Source: Pavona decussata (lineage: Eukaryota). From it: 64,000 nucleotides of DNA. The position numbers were made by a program, and so were the translations under genes. Positions 62,317-64,000 of the stretch are shown here, in pieces (the first letter of the stretch is position 1; each line of letters begins with the position of its first letter). The notes below the pieces were generated by a model. That model saw only the letters and a program-made list of their open reading frames with translations, was not told the DNA's origin and did no database searches. The stretch is taken from contig CDRNST010000025.1 in assembly GCA_977016875.1 (NCBI GenBank), forward strand, positions 2,976,001-3,040,000, in the 5' to 3' direction.

Positions 62317-63234
62317 TTAATTCTCGGTGATGCAGAATATATTTTTCATTGTGCTTTTCATAATTCGACGAATTTCTTGATATCGCCAGCAGTAAACTAC
62401 AGGATTTAACGACGAATTGAGAAAAACGATAGAAGTTGTAGCCTGCATAGCCAACCAAAACGAAATTTGAGAGCTATCCGTTGCCAACAATATTGTAGAG
62501 AAAAAACTCGGAAGATAACATGCGACAAAAATTAGATAGAAATACACAGCGTTGAAAGCGGCCTTTTTCTCCCGGAATAGTTCCATTGCTTGCGCATTTT
62601 GATGCTGAAGTTGACTGTGGATTTGATTATGATGATGTCTTTCAGCTCTGTAAATATGAATGTACGCTACTGTTGTCAAGAAAATTCCAACGAATTGACA
62701 AATAACAGGTACAATGGCGTTGTGAGCATCAACAGCTACGAAAAGGGAAGCAACGACTCCACTTGTGAGCCATACTGATACTAAGGCTATTATGACGCGC
62801 TCTGAAGTGACAAGTTCTCGGTATCGTAGATGAAGAGTAATAGCGAGGAGTCTATCGACAGCAATTGCGGTTACACTCAGAAATGATGCGCAAGCGAGAA
62901 GAGATGAAAAGAAAGAACAAATAATTAAAATTGTTGGACAGAGCAAGTCAAAGTTATTCCCTCCATCCGCTGCCATCCTTAATACTACTGCGTACATTAA
63001 TTGGGCGAACAATCCCACGGAAAGATCAGAGACAGCAAGACTCAGGAACAACTTCTTTATATTTGCGGGCATCGATGAGGCTTTCCACAGGGCGCGAATC
63101 ACAAGAATATTTCCAAACGCTGCTACGGGAGAAAAAACAAAGTTTAACACACACAATGAGTACACAGCAGTGCCATGAAACTGCACAAGTTGCTCAAGTC
63201 CATTCAAATGGTAACTGCAGAACTCTTCGGCCAT
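62317..63234 (-). CDS. Class A 7TM GPCR copy J, intact, 305 aa
   Basis: All 7TM motifs present. Confidence 0.95.
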   Translation of the reverse strand: MAEEFCSYHLNGLEQLVQFHGTAVYSLCVLNFVFSPVAAFGNILVIRALWKASSMPANIKKLFLSLAVSDLSVGLFAQLMYAVVLRMAADGGNNFDLLCPTILIICSFFSSLLACASFLSVTAIAVDRLLAITLHLRYRELVTSERVIIALVSVWLTSGVVASLFVAVDAHNAIVPVICQFVGIFLTTVAYIHIYRAERHHHNQIHSQLQHQNAQAMELFREKKAAFNAVYFYLIFVACYLPSFFSTILLATDSSQISFWLAMQATTSIVFLNSSLNPVVYCWRYQEIRRIMKSTMKNIFCITEN

Positions 63235-64000
63235 GGTGAACTTAATGGTATAGATCCAGCGATATGTTTGACAATAAGTTTGGTGCCCCTATTTTGTCTA
63301 TAGCTCCAATGGGAGTCATAAAACACCTGTAAGCTAACTACATGAAATAAGGAATTAATAGAACTACATACTGCGTTTTGTATAATACGACCTTAAAAAT
63401 TTGCGCTTTATTGGTTTATTAAACACGTCCTTTTATATCTGCATGCAAATTTTTTAAATGTTCCGACAGAGGAAACATTTGTCTACGGTTCTTATTTCGA
63501 AAACAGCTTCTACTTCCTCCAAATACATGCCGTCTGTTCGTTACTCTCTTCAAACGTTAAGACACTGATGCTATGAGCGGAACCTTAATAGATAAACTGA
63601 CCATGTGTCAACTGTCGTTATCGTTTTTTAAAATAGAGAATTTTATTTGTTTCGCGATAAATGAAAGTAAAAGTACGATTATGTAAAGTTAAAATGGTTT
63701 AAGACCCTTTTTTGGCGTTTTTTTTTTTTTTTTTTACATTAAAAGTCTCTTTGATAATTGACTCCTGTATAAGGTTATTATAACGCTTGCGTCGGTTCGG
63801 TTACACCAGGGACTCTGTTTATCGTCGAGCATCTGCTCCTTTTGTCACTCATGGGGTTTAGCTTCTAATAAGTGGAATCACTCACGTTCGGCTTCTGAGT
63901 CCATACAGTAGACGTTTTTCTAGACCTCAGGAGTGTATCTGAGAACTTGAAATCCATCAATTGTTCAGTAAATAAATAGCAAGTGTCCCTTATTTCGAGA

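Overview
Eukaryotic, AT-rich animal DNA; the gene and repeat content suggests a cnidarian such as a stony coral (inference). The window is a tandem array of ~5-8 kb units, each with a minus-strand class A (rhodopsin-like) 7TM receptor gene of 305 aa with no coding introns. There are 10 copies plus one 5' relic; 4 are intact (22.5, 27.9, 53.7, 62.3 kb) and the rest are disrupted. Most units carry a co-duplicated, decayed LINE ORF1 just after the receptor stop. Insertions include a very young full-length BEL/Pao LTR element (1159-8786), a 4.7 kb hAT transposon (36530-41231), AcademH-like elements and many MITEs. Top findings: (1) The hAT element carries an intact F-box/LRR exon inside a transposase intron. 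Splice phases let the same three leader exons (PIP-box-like motif plus NLS) join either the F-box exon or the transposase exon, suggesting a transposon-encoded SCF ubiquitin-ligase adaptor. (2) The BEL element has no tRNA PBS, but has a 9-nt PBS complementary to its predicted Inr-defined transcript 5' end, as in Tf1-type self-priming. (3) The hAT lacks a TSD and sits at the junction of a ~2 kb tandem duplication. All coordinates were read by eye.
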